A model generated the notes under the pieces. It was not told where the DNA came from. It made no database searches and was given only the letters and a program-made list of their open reading frames with translations. A stretch of 63,855 bases of DNA, the filler included, from Folioceros fuciformis (Eukaryota), in assembly GCA_049999805.1 (NCBI GenBank). It is 10 parts of 10 records of this genome, joined end to end, with 100 filler letters (N's around TTAATTAATTAA, not from the genome) between each part and the next. Parts side by side here need not be neighbours in the genome. Positions count along the whole stretch, not along the records: positions 1 to 8,076 come from JBNGIO010005724.1; positions 8,177 to 11,874 come from JBNGIO010005726.1; 8 more parts are not named here. The stretch is one strand, 5' to 3'. Of this stretch, positions 1 through 11,974 are shown in pieces (within the stretch, counting starts at the first letter, position 1; the number at the start of each line of letters is the position of its first letter). Position numbers and translations under genes: made by a program.

Positions 1-119
1 AGAGCCCTGCGCATACAATCAGATGGACCTTCAAAGTATCAGCAACCGAGCTACAAGCCAATGTTGTTTTCGTTTTGACTTGTTCTTTTTAATTCTAACA
101 CCCTAACCTGATACAGGAA

Positions 120-611
120 ATGACACAGGACAAGAGAACCCAACCTGGTAGATGTTCTCAACCACACACATCCAAGTGTGTGCATAGATGCTGTACAAAT
201 CACTGCAGTATTCCTCACTGTCACCTTTTACAAGCAGTCCCTAACCACCACAGGGGTAGACAAAATAGATCACAAAACAATCATAGGTCCGTAAGTAGTC
301 TCCTAGCACCTGTACAGTACAAAATCCAAGTGTTAGAAGAACAAGCCTACGAACAACAGTGGAAAGCAAAGATAGACTCCGTTACCCTAAAACGGCAACT
401 TCTTAATCTAGAGCATAGAATCAAGCAGCTGGACACACTCGTGCATACCTTATACATGAGCTGTCCCTTCTCTGAAGAAAGCCCAGTCCACTCGGCACAT
501 GACCCTGTAGTATCGTACATACCCTCAGATACTCCCTACAAGCCACTACCCGAACTTGTAGAGAGTGTGCTCATGAGTCTATCAAGACTAATCAACCCTG
601 AAGAAGCATAA
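120..611 (+). CDS. Extra ORF upstream of Copia gag (Cys/His-rich N-terminus, heptad/coiled-coil-like middle), function unknown
   Basis: Open 163-aa ATG ORF ending ~110 bp before the gag ATG (719). Contains CVHRCCTNHCSIPHCH and LKRQLLNLEHRIKQLDTLVHTL. Positionally equivalent ORFs occur at 11419-11697 and 61664-62206. Confidence 0.55.
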   Translation: MTQDKRTQPGRCSQPHTSKCVHRCCTNHCSIPHCHLLQAVPNHHRGRQNRSQNNHRSVSSLLAPVQYKIQVLEEQAYEQQWKAKIDSVTLKRQLLNLEHRIKQLDTLVHTLYMSCPFSEESPVHSAHDPVVSYIPSDTPYKPLPELVESVLMSLSRLINPEEA

Positions 612-718
612 GAAGCAAGAGGCATTGTTAGTCAGATTCTTTGGATCTGCTGTTAATGCATAAAGAACATATACCAAAGTGACTAACTGCTAGGCTCACT
701 TAATAGTACCTAGTAACA

Positions 719-3700
719 ATGGCCTCTAACTCCACCATCACGCAGATACATACAACCAAAGTAGAAATAAAAGACAGAGATCGCTTCAATGGTTCAGACT
801 TTGCAGTCTAGCAGATGCGCATGGAGGCCATCCTTGAGGAACATGATCTCATGGATGTTGTCGATGGGTCACTCTCGCAGCCAACTATCCCAAATCCAGC
901 ACCAGCAACTGGTTCACCAGCAGAGAGCATAATCTCTGCCTGGCACAGAAAGGATAAGAAGGCTCGGAGTATTCTACTCTCAGCCCTCGACAGAAATATG
1001 ATGCAACATACACAAGGACAAAAGACTTCCGCTGCTATATGGAAAGTATTCAAGGACATGTTTGCTGCAAAAGATGCCATGTCACTTGTGAATGCCACCC
1101 GTATTTTTTACTCCCTCCGGATGAAGGAATCCGATACAATCGAGCACCATGTGCACCGATTCCGAACCCTACGTGCAAGATTAGCATCAGCATGGGCAAC
1201 CATTTCAGAACTGGATGCAACAACAGCTTTGCTTACATCCCTGCCTACAAGCTACCGGACATTTGTCAGTTCGCAAGCTTCTATAATTAGACAAGCTGTT
1301 AACGCAGCATCTACAAGTGCAACACCTACCATTACCTTATCTGACATAGTTGGCACTCTACTCGAAGAGGAGTCCAGCAGGTTGGGAACAGGGCGGCCTG
1401 CACCCCAACAACAGCATCAGATCCTATACATTTCCAGAGGGAGAGGGAGAGGCCGAGGAGCCTATAGACCACACAATGGCGCTAGACGCCCCTATAACGG
1501 TTCAGGAAGTACCTCTGGGCNNNNNNNNNNNNNNNNNNNNNNNNNNNNNNNNNNNNNNNNNNNNNNNNNNNNNNNNNNNNNNNNNNNNNNNNNNNNNNNN
1601 NNNNNNNNNNNNNNNNNNNNGGTCAAGGGTCCCTGCAACTGGTGTCGCATTCCAGGGCACTATGAAAATGAATGTCGAAAAAAGCAGGCCGGAGAGCCTA
1701 GGCGACCTGCACTCGAGACACATGTCGCTGTTAGACCACAAAGTGGCAGTGAAAACAAAAAAGCACCTGCTATCCTAGCGACCTGCCTGTCACTCACCAA
1801 TGCTGACAGACATACTTGGTTCCTGGACTCAGGTGCTACTAACCATATATGTCAGACTCGAGAGATGTTCTTCACTTATTCATCACCTACCACAAGTCAG
1901 TTTGTGTTGTTAGGAGATGACAGTGGCCTCGCCATTCTAGGGATAGGTTCTGTGAGACTCATGCTCAATCATGGACATAGGATTACCTTAAAGGGCGTTC
2001 TACATGTCCCCAAGATGACGAAGAACTTGTTGTCCATCCGAAAGCTTGTTACTGAGCATGACCTCCAAGTCCTCTTCAGACCAACTTCCTGTATTACCTC
2101 CTCTTCACAGGAACTTTCCCCTCCATTGGGAGAGGGGTTTGCCTTCCATGACCTGTACAGTCTGAAGGTTAGTCACGATCAGCCCACTGAGCAGCAAACC
2201 TATGTTGCTGACGCACAACCAAATGTTAGCAAGACTTTCCTATGGCATTGTAGACTATGCCACCCAAGCTTATCCTATATAAAGCACATAACCAAGAGCA
2301 AGGATATGTATAAGGATGGGCTCACTTTTCAATATGAGGATACACTGTTCTGCGAAGGCTGCCAGTACGGAAAACTCAATCAAAAACCGTATAACGATCC
2401 TTCACCAACTCGAGCTACAGCCTTGCTAGAAGTTGTACATACGGACATCTGTGGACCCATGTCCACACAATCATTCGGTGGAGCTATCTATTTTCTATCT
2501 TTCATGGACGAGTGGAGTCATTACTGCCAACTCTATTTTCTGCATAGTCGCCAACAGACCTTTGCCAAGTTTGTGGAATACACAGCTATGGCGGAAGCAC
2601 AAATTGGCCATGTGATTAAATGCCTGCGCAGCGACAATGCCAAGGAATACATTAGTGCTGAGTTCACTGAGTTTTGCAAAAGGAAAGGCATCATTCACCA
2701 ATTGACGGTACCTTACCATCCACCCCAGAATGCCTTTGCAGAACGTTACAACAGGACACTGCAGGAACGGACAAGAGCAACATTGGCACTGGCAGGACTT
2801 ACCCGGGCATACTGGGCAGAAGCAGTCGATTCAGTGAACTACATCACCAACAGACCGCCGTTGAAGCCTTTGTACGACACCACACCGTATCAGAGGTGGA
2901 CTGGAAATAAACCTCGCATATCACACCTGCGGATATTTGGTGCATCAGCCTATGCCTACATTCCTTCCGACAAAAGACAAAAGATGGACAACAGAGCAAG
3001 CAAGTATGTTTTCGTCGGGTATTCCAATGTAGTTAAGGGATACAAGATATATAACCCTTTAACAAGGGAGTTAACTATAGCAAGGAGCGTAAGCTTCAAT
3101 GAAACCTTTATCCTCAACTCCCATCTTCGCTTTATTACAAGCCACGAACTACCAACGTCACCAACAGTATACGGTCACTCACCAGTACCCCAAACAAAGG
3201 ATGCCGACACTTACTCTGATTACCAGCAGTCTTCCTATGACTCAGACGACGACATACCTCTTCAACCAACGACTGTGGTTGATACTCCAGCCCTTACACC
3301 TGATGAGGATGATCCGCTAGGAATTCCAGACAACGGGGGTTTACCCCCCGAGGACCACGCAACTGATGACAGTGACGCTGTTAACACTTCCGACGCCAAC
3401 TATGCACCAGTACAAGATGGTTTGGATCAGCCCTTATCACCAGTGATGAACATTCCACCAGTTCTCCGCAGATCTGATAGGACTCATCGTTCCCGTTCAG
3501 AATGGCTAGATCCACCCTATGAACCTGGTGACAGCTTAGTCTCTCGCTCAATTGTTGCCTCTGACAATGTATGCGCTAGCCTTGCTCAAATGGCACACCA
3601 TATGGCTTTAGCCGTGATGGATCCTCCAGACACGCCAATGTCTTTCAAAGAAGCCCTGCAGTCCCCACAAAGATAAGAATGGCAGAAGGCAATTGACAGC

Positions 3701-5216
3701 GAGTATAAATCACTAATTGATAACCAGACATGGAAGCTCGTCAAATTACCTGCAGGACACAAACCCATCACCTCGAAATGGGTTTTCAAGCTTAAGCTAA
3801 ACCCAGATGGATCAGTGGCTAGGTACAAAGCACGCTTAGTAGCCAGAGGCTATACCCAAGTCCAGGGACTAGACTACAATGAGACTTTCAGCCCTGTAGT
3901 GAAACCAACTTCTATGTGGATTCTCCTGTGTTATGCAATTCAGAATCACCTTATCGTCCATCAAATGGACGTCAAAACGGCTTTTCTAAATGGGCCATTG
4001 GACGAAGTTATTTACATGGAGCAACCTGAGGGCTACATTGAAGATCCTACCTTGGTTTGCGAACTGCTGAAGTTGCTTTATGGGCTGAAGCAGTCTTCCC
4101 GTATCTAGAACGGGAGAGCCGACAAAAAGCTTCGCTCACTTGGTTTCGTTCTACTTTCGGCAGACTGCAGCGTCTATATTCTGCAGACCACCAACGCCCT
4201 CTGCATCATTGCACTCTATGTAGATGATATTTTTATTTTTGCAAGCAACGAAAGCATACTCACCAGAGTTAAGAAGCAGCTCTCGGATGAATGGGATATG
4301 ACTAATGTCGGTCCCCTTCAGTTCGCCCTTAGTATCCAGTTCTCTTTCAATCAGTTCAGTCACCTTACACCAAGAGCACTTCATCAGGCAGATCCTCACC
4401 AAGTTCAACTTACAAGACATCAACCCTGTCTCTACTCCAGTTGCAGCAGGAGAGAAGCTGTCTGTACAAGACTGTCCTACATCAGATGAAGACAAGGCTG
4501 AGATGGCCCACATACCTTATCGCGAAGTTGTGGGTAGCCTCCTGTACTTGGCGTGTTGGACCAGACCAGACATTTCTCAAGCAACAGGGGTCGTATCCCG
4601 TTACCTGTCAAACCCCGGCAGCAGACATTGGATTGCTGTAAAACGGATCCTGCGTTACCTTAAAGGAACTAGGCATCTCTGCCTCAAGTATACAAGAAGC
4701 AACAACCTCGCACTTACTTGCTTCTCCGACGCGGATTGGGCCGGTGACATTGATGGTAGACGGTCGATTGCAGCGTACTGCACCCTCCTCTGTGGATCGG
4801 CAGTAAGCTGGCAAAGTAAGAAACTGACCACCATCAGCCTATCCTCAACTGAAGCGGAGTACAGTGCTATGTCATTAGCTGCCAGGGAAATATGCTGGAT
4901 TCGTCAGTTTCTCTCAGAGATCGGAGTTCAGCAAAGCTCGCCTACAACCTTGCAGTGCAATAACCAATCCGCCATCGCACTATCTGCAAACCCTATCCTA
5001 CTCGCCCGTTCCAAACATATTGAAATCCAGTTCCATTACATCAGACAGGCAGTGGAGCGGAAGATCATAGAGCTTGTCTATGTTCCTACAGCTCAAAATT
5101 TGGCAGATATGCTCACAAAAGGATTGTCAAAGCTACTACATGAGCAACATCGACTGTCACTGGGGTTAGAAGAACACAAAACTTATTTCAGCTCTACCCC
5201 CGATGCCATTAATTAA
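719..5216 (+). mobile_element. Ty1/Copia retrotransposon gag-pol (Gag-CCHC-PR-INT-RT-RNase H), inactivated
   Basis: ATG at 719 is in frame with ORF 815. Motifs: CNWCRIPGHYENEC zinc knuckle, WFLDSGATNHI protease, LWHCRLCHP/CEGC integrase HHCC, VHTDICGP and LRSDNAKEY integrase core, [12 protein letters not shown] and [21 protein letters not shown] and KHIEIQFHYIR RNase H. INT precedes RT (Copia order). Premature stops at 809-811, 3674-3676 and 4106-4108, plus a frameshift near 4350. Confidence 0.96.
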
Positions 5217-6030
5217 GTGGCACCTTCTTAAGCTCCGCGAGCATGTGCGCGCGTGGCGGTTAGGGCGCTCAGTAAACTTGTTGTGCCGCCACGGCGAACG
5301 CCACCAGCACTCGATCTGTACCTTTGGAGTACCTAAAAGCGATCACGGGACAGACGTCAGCGGCCACAGTTGTGGCTTGGATGAAGCTCACACTTCCCCA
5401 CACAATCAGACACAGCTGATGGCGTCGCTTACCCGTATGGATGCTCAGCTCAGTTTTCCTTTTCTGGCCATTTGGTGTTCCCTTCCATACTCGCACGGCA
5501 GCGTGAACACACCGCGCAATAGGGCATTGTGCTCTTCCTCAGGTAGCTGTGTATCTTGTTCCTGCTCGACGTGTTGCGTGCTGTAGCAAGGCAGTATCAG
5601 CAGCAGCTCCCTAGCGGGGGAGGAATCCGGCGGGAGCCATCTCGGGCGGAGGCGTAATCTCTTGGTAGGGCGGCGCGTGTTAGGGTAAGACTGAGGCACG
5701 GGGCGGTGCTGTTGAGACGAGTGTCATGGCTCATCCTGACACCGCTCCACCCGGCCTTAACCGTTGATTCGCGTATTTGGCCTGAGAGGGGGTATTAAAA
5801 TACTCGGGTATACCAGGCCTAATATGGAATAACGTTTGGTATTTAAGTGGAGCGTTACGTAGTGTAGCATTTCGCTAAATGGCGTTTCGTGTTTTAAGTT
5901 AGGGTTGAGACGGTTACGAACAGAGCCCTTTTTGTATCGCTGTTTCAATGCAAGAATACACTTCTTTGTGCTTTCATGTGTATGCGTGAGGTGGTCTGAT
6001 GTTTTGGGTACATATTCTTTACCTGCTTGT
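5217..6030 (+). repeat. LTR-like non-coding segment after Copia pol (boundaries uncertain)
   Basis: No coherent ORF. 5770-5802 (cgcgtatttggcctgagagggggtattaaaata) resembles the reverse complement of ~23570-23605 in the Gypsy LTR region. No clear PPT or TG...CA ends found. Confidence 0.3.
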
Positions 6031-6049
6031 CCAGACCTGACTAGGCAAA

Positions 6050-7850
6050 CAGCCAGGCCACTAGTCATTAGCCCCCCGCCAGCCATCAACCACTAGCCTG
6101 CCTGCAGCCCGACCAGGCTGCCTGCGCTGCTGATGCTGGGTCACCTGCCGAATGGTTCCGTCTGCCTGGCCAACCAATGGCAGGATCCGCTTGCCTAGTT
6201 TTGCCAGCACCCTACCGACCAGAGCCGATCCGGCTAGCCTAGATGGCTCCTGCTTCGATCCGCCTGCCTAGCTGCCAGCTTAGATCTATTGTCAGGCCGC
6301 CCCGCTGACCCAGCTAGGCCTATCTGTCGATCCGGCCTCCNNNNNNNNNNNNNNNNNNNNNNNNNNNNNNNNNNNNNNNNNNNNNNNNNNNNNNNNNNNN
6401 NNNNNNNNNNNNNNNNNNNNNNNNNNNNNNNNNNNNNNNNCTCCCCGAGCTCGTGCTTTGCTCAGGACCAACTGGCCTGCCAGCCAGCCATTATCATTCA
6501 GCCAGCCCGGGCGAATCCAGCGCCGCCCACCTGCCTTCAGCCCAACTAGCCACAGCCAGCCTGCAATACGCCTACAAACCAGCCTCTTGCCTGCCGAGAT
6601 CCGTAAGCCATACCGGGTTGCAAGGCAGCACCTTGCTCCCTGCTTGGTCGGCTTGGCCGCGATCCAGCCAGCTGCTAGGATGCGCACCCCCTACAGTGGG
6701 TTGGATCCGGCCTGCCAGTCGGCCGGGCCGCCAACCAGGCTACCTGCCCGGGTCGGCCATCCCTGAGCGCCGCTTGCCAACCATCACAACTTGGATCAGC
6801 TCGAGGCCCGCCTGGCCTGGACTCTCCCCAGGCAGTCGCCAGGCGGCTGCATGGCTTCGGGATCCAGCCCTACTAGCCTGCTGAATCCTCCAGCCACCGG
6901 CCTCGCTAGCCCCAGCTGGCTGTCTACCTGCAGGGTCACCTGCCAGCTGCCTGCCGGTTGTGTTTGCGCTGCTAGGGCGCCTGCCTGCCCTCAGTAGCCG
7001 GGCCGCTACAAGCCGCCGGCAATCCGGCCTGCCTCCTAGCAACCAGACCGGGCTGGGCTGGGCTGGCCGCTAGTGGTTGGGCTGCCTGCCTCCAACCGTG
7101 ACCAGCCACAGCCAGCTCGGGCGCACAATCGAGCCGACTGCACTCCAGCTGGCCGATTTGCCCAGGTAGGCCGCCAGTCCTATCAGCCAACCTGCCCGCC
7201 CAAATCTGACTGGCCGCCAGCCTGCTTGGGATCTTGCAGGCAGCCGGCCTGCCTTCCGGAGCCGTCCAGCCAGCCAACCAGAGTCGACTGGCCAGCCTGC
7301 CCCCACTTGGTCGACTTGCCATCCCGACTGCCTACCTGCTGCTGGGCCGGGATGGCTGTTGGCTAGGCTCTTCAACGGCCGTCTCCAGCCAGCAGACCCC
7401 CCCCCTGCCAGACCTCAGCTGCCAGCTTGCCTGTAGCTGGATCATGTCGAGGCCCGCCTGGCTTGGATCCGCTAGCCTCTGGGCTGCCTGCTCTGTTGGG
7501 TCGCCGGCCAGCTGCCTATTGCTATCCACGCTGCTGGACCGCCTGCAGCTCCTTGGCGACCCGGCCTCCAGCAGGCACGCCCTGCCTGATTTGCTCCGGC
7601 CTACCACAACCCGCCGGAGCAGTGTGCCTTTGACTGGGGCCTCCCATGCTAACCAGCCCTTGTCTGGCCCAGTCTCGACCAGCCGGCCTTGGCCCTACTA
7701 ACCAGACAACCGGGCCGTTGTCGGCCCGGCCATCCTCCATGCCGCCGGCCATGGCCCGGCTGATTGGCCGCCGATCAGCCGGCATGGCAAACTCCTCTAC
7801 AGCAGCAGGTCAGGCCGCCTGCCGAACAAGATCCGGCTAAGCCTGGCCCT
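6050..7850. repeat. GC-rich, internally repetitive dispersed repeat (GCCAGC/GGATCC/GGCC-rich)
   Basis: Low-complexity GC-rich tract. 7381-7470 matches the reverse complement of ~13431-13520 in another contig. The overlapping ORFs are low-complexity artefacts. Confidence 0.75.
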
Positions 7851-8076
7851 GACGTAAGTGGTTGTAACCGTAAGTGGTTATAACCACTATAGCTAATAAC
7901 TACCTAAATAACCCTAGGTAGATAATTAAAGCTAAGAGGCCCTAATGAATAGTGCCCTAAATCTAGACTTATTTCATCACTCCCACTCACTATGAATGCA
8001 GGGATGAATTCTAGCTTTTAAATGAGGCTTATAACATATATAAGCTCATAGGTGATGATAATTTAGGTAAAGAAAA

Positions 8077-8176
8077 NNNNNNNNNNNNNNNNNNNNNNNN
8101 NNNNNNNNNNNNNNNNNNNNTTAATTAATTAANNNNNNNNNNNNNNNNNNNNNNNNNNNNNNNNNNNNNNNNNNNN
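8077..8176. other. Artificial contig linker N44-TTAATTAATTAA-N44 (first of nine)
   Basis: Same 100-nt pattern recurs at 11875-11974, 18178-18277, 27816-27915, 44509-44608, 46443-46542, 57429-57528, 61306-61405 and 62745-62844. TTAATTAATTAA puts stops in all six frames. Confidence 0.97.
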
Positions 8177-11100
8177 GCTGAAGCATATATATGTCTTCAT
8201 GCAGTGTCCCATACAGGAAAGCCGTTTTGATATCGAGCTGGTGGATATCGAGCTTATGTTGTGCGGCAAATGCCAAGAGAACTCTGATGGATGTTGCCTT
8301 TACCACTGGGCTAAACAGCTTAGTTTCCTTATAGTCGAAACCTGGGATTTGGGTAAATCCCCAGGCTACGAGCCTGGCCTTATACCGTGACACGCTTCCA
8401 TCTGGGTTGAGCTTTCTCCGGAAAGTCCACTTACAAGAAATTGGCTTTCTGCCCTGTGGTAAGTCAGTAAGGATCCAGGTTTTATTTGAAAGAAGTGAGT
8501 CGTATTCAGATTGTACCGCTGCTTTCCATTCGGGTATGTTGAGAGCTTCCTCAATTGTTGTAGGTACTCCTTGCATTTCAATAGCTGATAAGGCTTGATG
8601 CATGGCGAGGTGTGCCTGATCGACTGGTGTCGGTGCATCTGAAGGTAGGGATGCATTGGGAGAGGAGATCCTACTGACCAATGTGTCTCCCGGAGTATAG
8701 GGTGGATCCGACCACTCGGTCCTGGGAGGTCTATGCCTGGAAGAGCGTCTTAAAGTCTGTACATATGGTAAGTGAGGAGGTTCAGAACCTATAGGTTGAT
8801 TAGAATTTACCTCTCGTACTGCTAATGGAGGTAATGTGAGGGCCTCTTGATCTTGGAAGGAGGATGACTGATCGGAGGAGTAAGTATCGTCATCGTGTGT
8901 GCCCCCCTCAAGATCAAGAGGGGGATAACCATGAAGACCAGGTTTGGGAAGTGGAGTTGATGTAGACGTGCTATGGAGGTAGGTTTGGAGCAAGAGAGGT
9001 TCATTGAAGTGAACACTGCGGGAGAGGGTTACCTCATGAGTTGAGGGATCGAAGAGTTTGTAAGCTTTGACTTGATCGGAGTAGCCTATGAACAGGAGCT
9101 TCCTTCCCTTGTCGTCCCATTTTTTTCTGGTGCTTGAGGCTATATGAGCAAAGGCTGGACTACCAAAAATACGGAGGTGAGAGATGTGAGGCTTGCGACC
9201 TGTCCAGCGCTCAAAGGGAGTAGTATTAGGCAGATCCTTGATGGGCAGATGGTTTTTAAGGTAGATAGCTGTGGAGACTGCTTCGGCCCAATAGCCACAA
9301 GAGAGGCCTGAAAGCTTAAGGAGAGAGCGGGAGATTTCGAGGATGGACCTGTTAAGTCTTTCGGCAAATNNNNNNNNNNNNNNNNNNNNNNNNNNNNNNN
9401 NNNNNNNNNNNNNNNNNNNNNNNNNNNNNNNNNNNNNNNNNNNNNNNNNNNNNNNNNNNNNNNNNNNNNACGTTGAATGCCGTGGGTTTGGCAAAACTGG
9501 TGAAATTCATGGCTAATGTATTCCCCGCCGTTATCTGAGCGGAGGACTATGACCTGGAATCTAGTGTGGCGTTCAGCCAAGGAGACAAACTCTTGAAAGC
9601 GGGCAAGGGCTTCGCTCTTGTGTTTAAGGAAAAAGATAAGACAGTATCGACTCCACTCATCGAGGAAGGTAATGAAGTATTGATGCCCCCCAAAAGACGT
9701 AGTGCTCATGGGACCGCAAATGTCTGAGTGTACAACTTCTAGGAGCTTGCGGGCACGAGTTGAAGTAGTATTGGTAAAGGGGTTCTGGTTTAGTTTCGTA
9801 TACTGACAGATCTCACAAAAGAAGTCTGAAGATACCTTAAGCTTGATAGTGTCTTTATACATGTTTGGATTGGCTAATTGACTCAAGTATCGGGGGTTCA
9901 TATGACCTGCCCTGCAGTGCTAGAGCAATGACTCCTTGTATGAGCTGGAGAGGGTGCCATCAACAAGAAAAGATGATGAAGATTGGATATTCAGGAGGTA
10001 AAGATCGTTATATGGCAGACCATGGGCAAGGGCAGTGCTACCTGGATTGGCAGAGTGGTGAATGGTGCAGTGGTTACCTTGGAAAATGATTACCAGACTG
10101 TGTTCAGTGGCTAGCTTCCTGACGGAGAGTAAATTTTTGGTCATTGTAGGGACGTGGAGCACCCCATTGATGGTGAGTGTTTTGCCATTAGATAGTCGAA
10201 GTTGTACTTCGCCGGTGCCGATGATGGAAAGAGGGCTGTCATCTCCCAGCAGCACGTGTTGGTCAGAGGGCACGTCGTGATACGTGCTAAACATGTCTCT
10301 ACTGCTACAAATGTGAGTTGTAGCGCCGGAGTCGAGAAACCATCTGGTCTTGTCGGTCCTCGTGAGGGTGAGGCAAACGGCCATGATGGAACTTGTCGGG
10401 GTGGTCCTTGAAGTAGTGAGGTGAGACTCATTCTAGGGTGTGTCCCTCCTTGGCTCTTTGCTCTGCTTTTTCCTGCACTCGTGCTCAAAGTGGCCTGGTA
10501 TTTTACACCAGTTGCAGATGCCCTTTTGAAATGATCTGTTAGCTGGGCGATTGCTGGGAGCAAAATTGCCTTGTGGTGCTTGCCTAGGTTGTCTGCGAGT
10601 CAAGAGATTGTTGCGGAAACCTCCTCTACGAGATCCACGACCCCTCGATGTGAAAAGCGCGTGGTTGGGTCCAATTGCAAGCTTATGTATAGTTGATCGG
10701 CTAGCTTCTTCCTCTAGAAGGGCTCCGAGAACTTCTGCGAATGTGTATGCAGGTATTGATCCTGCTTGAGCTGCACTTTGTGCCTGGCGAAGGGCTGAAC
10801 TTTGTGAGCTCACGAAGGTTTTGTATGAAGTAGGAAGAGAGGTTAGTAGGGCGACCGCTGCTTGGTACTCGTTCAGTGGGCTTCCACTTGATGCAAGTCT
10901 TGCTCTTGTTGCTCTGAAGTTGTGTACATGTTGTTCGACTGTTTCGCTCTCCTTCATTCTCAGCTGATGAAATTGCCGCGTGGCATTTACGATAGACATG
11001 GAGCTTTGCGCTGCGAACATGTCTTTAAACACTCTCCAGATCTCGTGGGTAGTCTTCTGACCTTGAGTATGTTGGAGCATGTTTTTGTCGAGTGCTGAGA

Positions 11101-11347
11101 ATAGGATGCTAATGGCTCGTTTATCTTTCTTTGCCCAGGCTGCAATTTTGTTGGCGGTGGCGCCTCCTGCAGCTGTGGGTTGATGAACTGTGCCATCCAC
11201 GATCCCCATAAGGTCGTGCTCTTCCAATAATGTTGTGACTCGCATCTGCCAGGTGTCGTAGTCGCTGCCGGTGAACCTGTCTCGGTCCCTGAACTCAATC
11301 TTTGTTGTGTTGACAATTGATGTGCTGGTAGCTGGGTGTGTTGTCAT
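8177..11347 (-). mobile_element. Ty1/Copia gag-pol (Gag-PR-INT-partial RT), frameshifted, cut off by contig end; same family as 719-5216
   Basis: Gag start TTKIEFRDRDRFTGSDY closely resembles TTKVEIKDRDRFNGSDF of the first element. Motifs: CNWCKIPGHFEHEC, WFLDSGATTHI, VHSDICGP, LRSDNGGEY, YKARLVAWGFTQ, QLDIKTAFLYG. Frameshifts near 10430 and 9915. Confidence 0.95.
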
Positions 11348-11418
11348 TGCTCTTGTCTCATGCCTCCTGGTGCCGCGATTCTGCAGGGGGTCAAAAGGGA
11401 GCATGCGCGGTGCGCTAA

Positions 11419-11697
11419 TTATTGACGCCGGGTTGTGAACAAGTCACGCATCAAAGCGGTTATGATTTCCATCTGAGATTCGAGACGAATTATCTGGATT
11501 CGGAGATGATCTTCAGAGAGAGAATCGCGCGGACGGTCCTGTTCATTAGCAGGTGAGTGTAGTGGAAGGAAGACTGTTCTGGTATGGTCGGATTCACAGA
11601 ATTCGGTATGCTTATTGCAATTGCTGCAGGGCGCATTGGGAAAGCGCGGTGGCTGCGCCTGCGATGCGCGAACGGGCTGCACCTTACTCCGAGGCAT
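11419..11697 (-). CDS. Extra ORF between PBS and gag (CxNC motif plus coiled-coil-like C-terminus)
   Basis: 92-aa ATG ORF containing RFPNAPCSNCNKHTEFC and LRIQIIRLESQMEIITALMRDL. Stops ~70 bp before the gag ATG. Confidence 0.5.
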   Translation of the reverse strand: MPRSKVQPVRASQAQPPRFPNAPCSNCNKHTEFCESDHTRTVFLPLHSPANEQDRPRDSLSEDHLRIQIIRLESQMEIITALMRDLFTTRRQ

Positions 11698-11829
11698 CTC
11701 GCAGATTCAGGGTCAGACGTCCGAGTTGCCGTGCTTGGCACCCTGAGTCATAAAAACCTGGTTGTCGCTGCGTGCGGGCGTAGGTCACACGGGGCATCGA
11801 GGCTAATCTGCACGCCAAAGAACCATATG

Positions 11830-11841
11830 GCTCTGATACCA
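11830..11841 (-). promoter_or_regulatory. Primer-binding site complementary to tRNA-iMet 3' end
   Basis: Reverse complement reads TGGTATCAGAGC, upstream of the minus-strand Copia gag. Confidence 0.92.
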
Positions 11842-11974
11842 TAAAGCGGCAATGTATATGGTGCAAAGATGCGCNNNNNNNNNNNNNNNNNNNNNNNNNN
11901 NNNNNNNNNNNNNNNNNNTTAATTAATTAANNNNNNNNNNNNNNNNNNNNNNNNNNNNNNNNNNNNNNNNNNNN

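Noticed and set aside
6289-7840. Many overlapping Pro/Ala/Gly/Arg-rich ORFs (also 12037-14043)
   Set aside because: Expected from stop-poor GC-rich repeat sequence in all six frames; no domain motifs.
8121-8132. Recurrent palindrome TTAATTAATTAA and ORFs ending in ...LIN
   Set aside because: Always centred in 44+44 Ns: an artificial six-frame-stop linker joining contigs, not biology.
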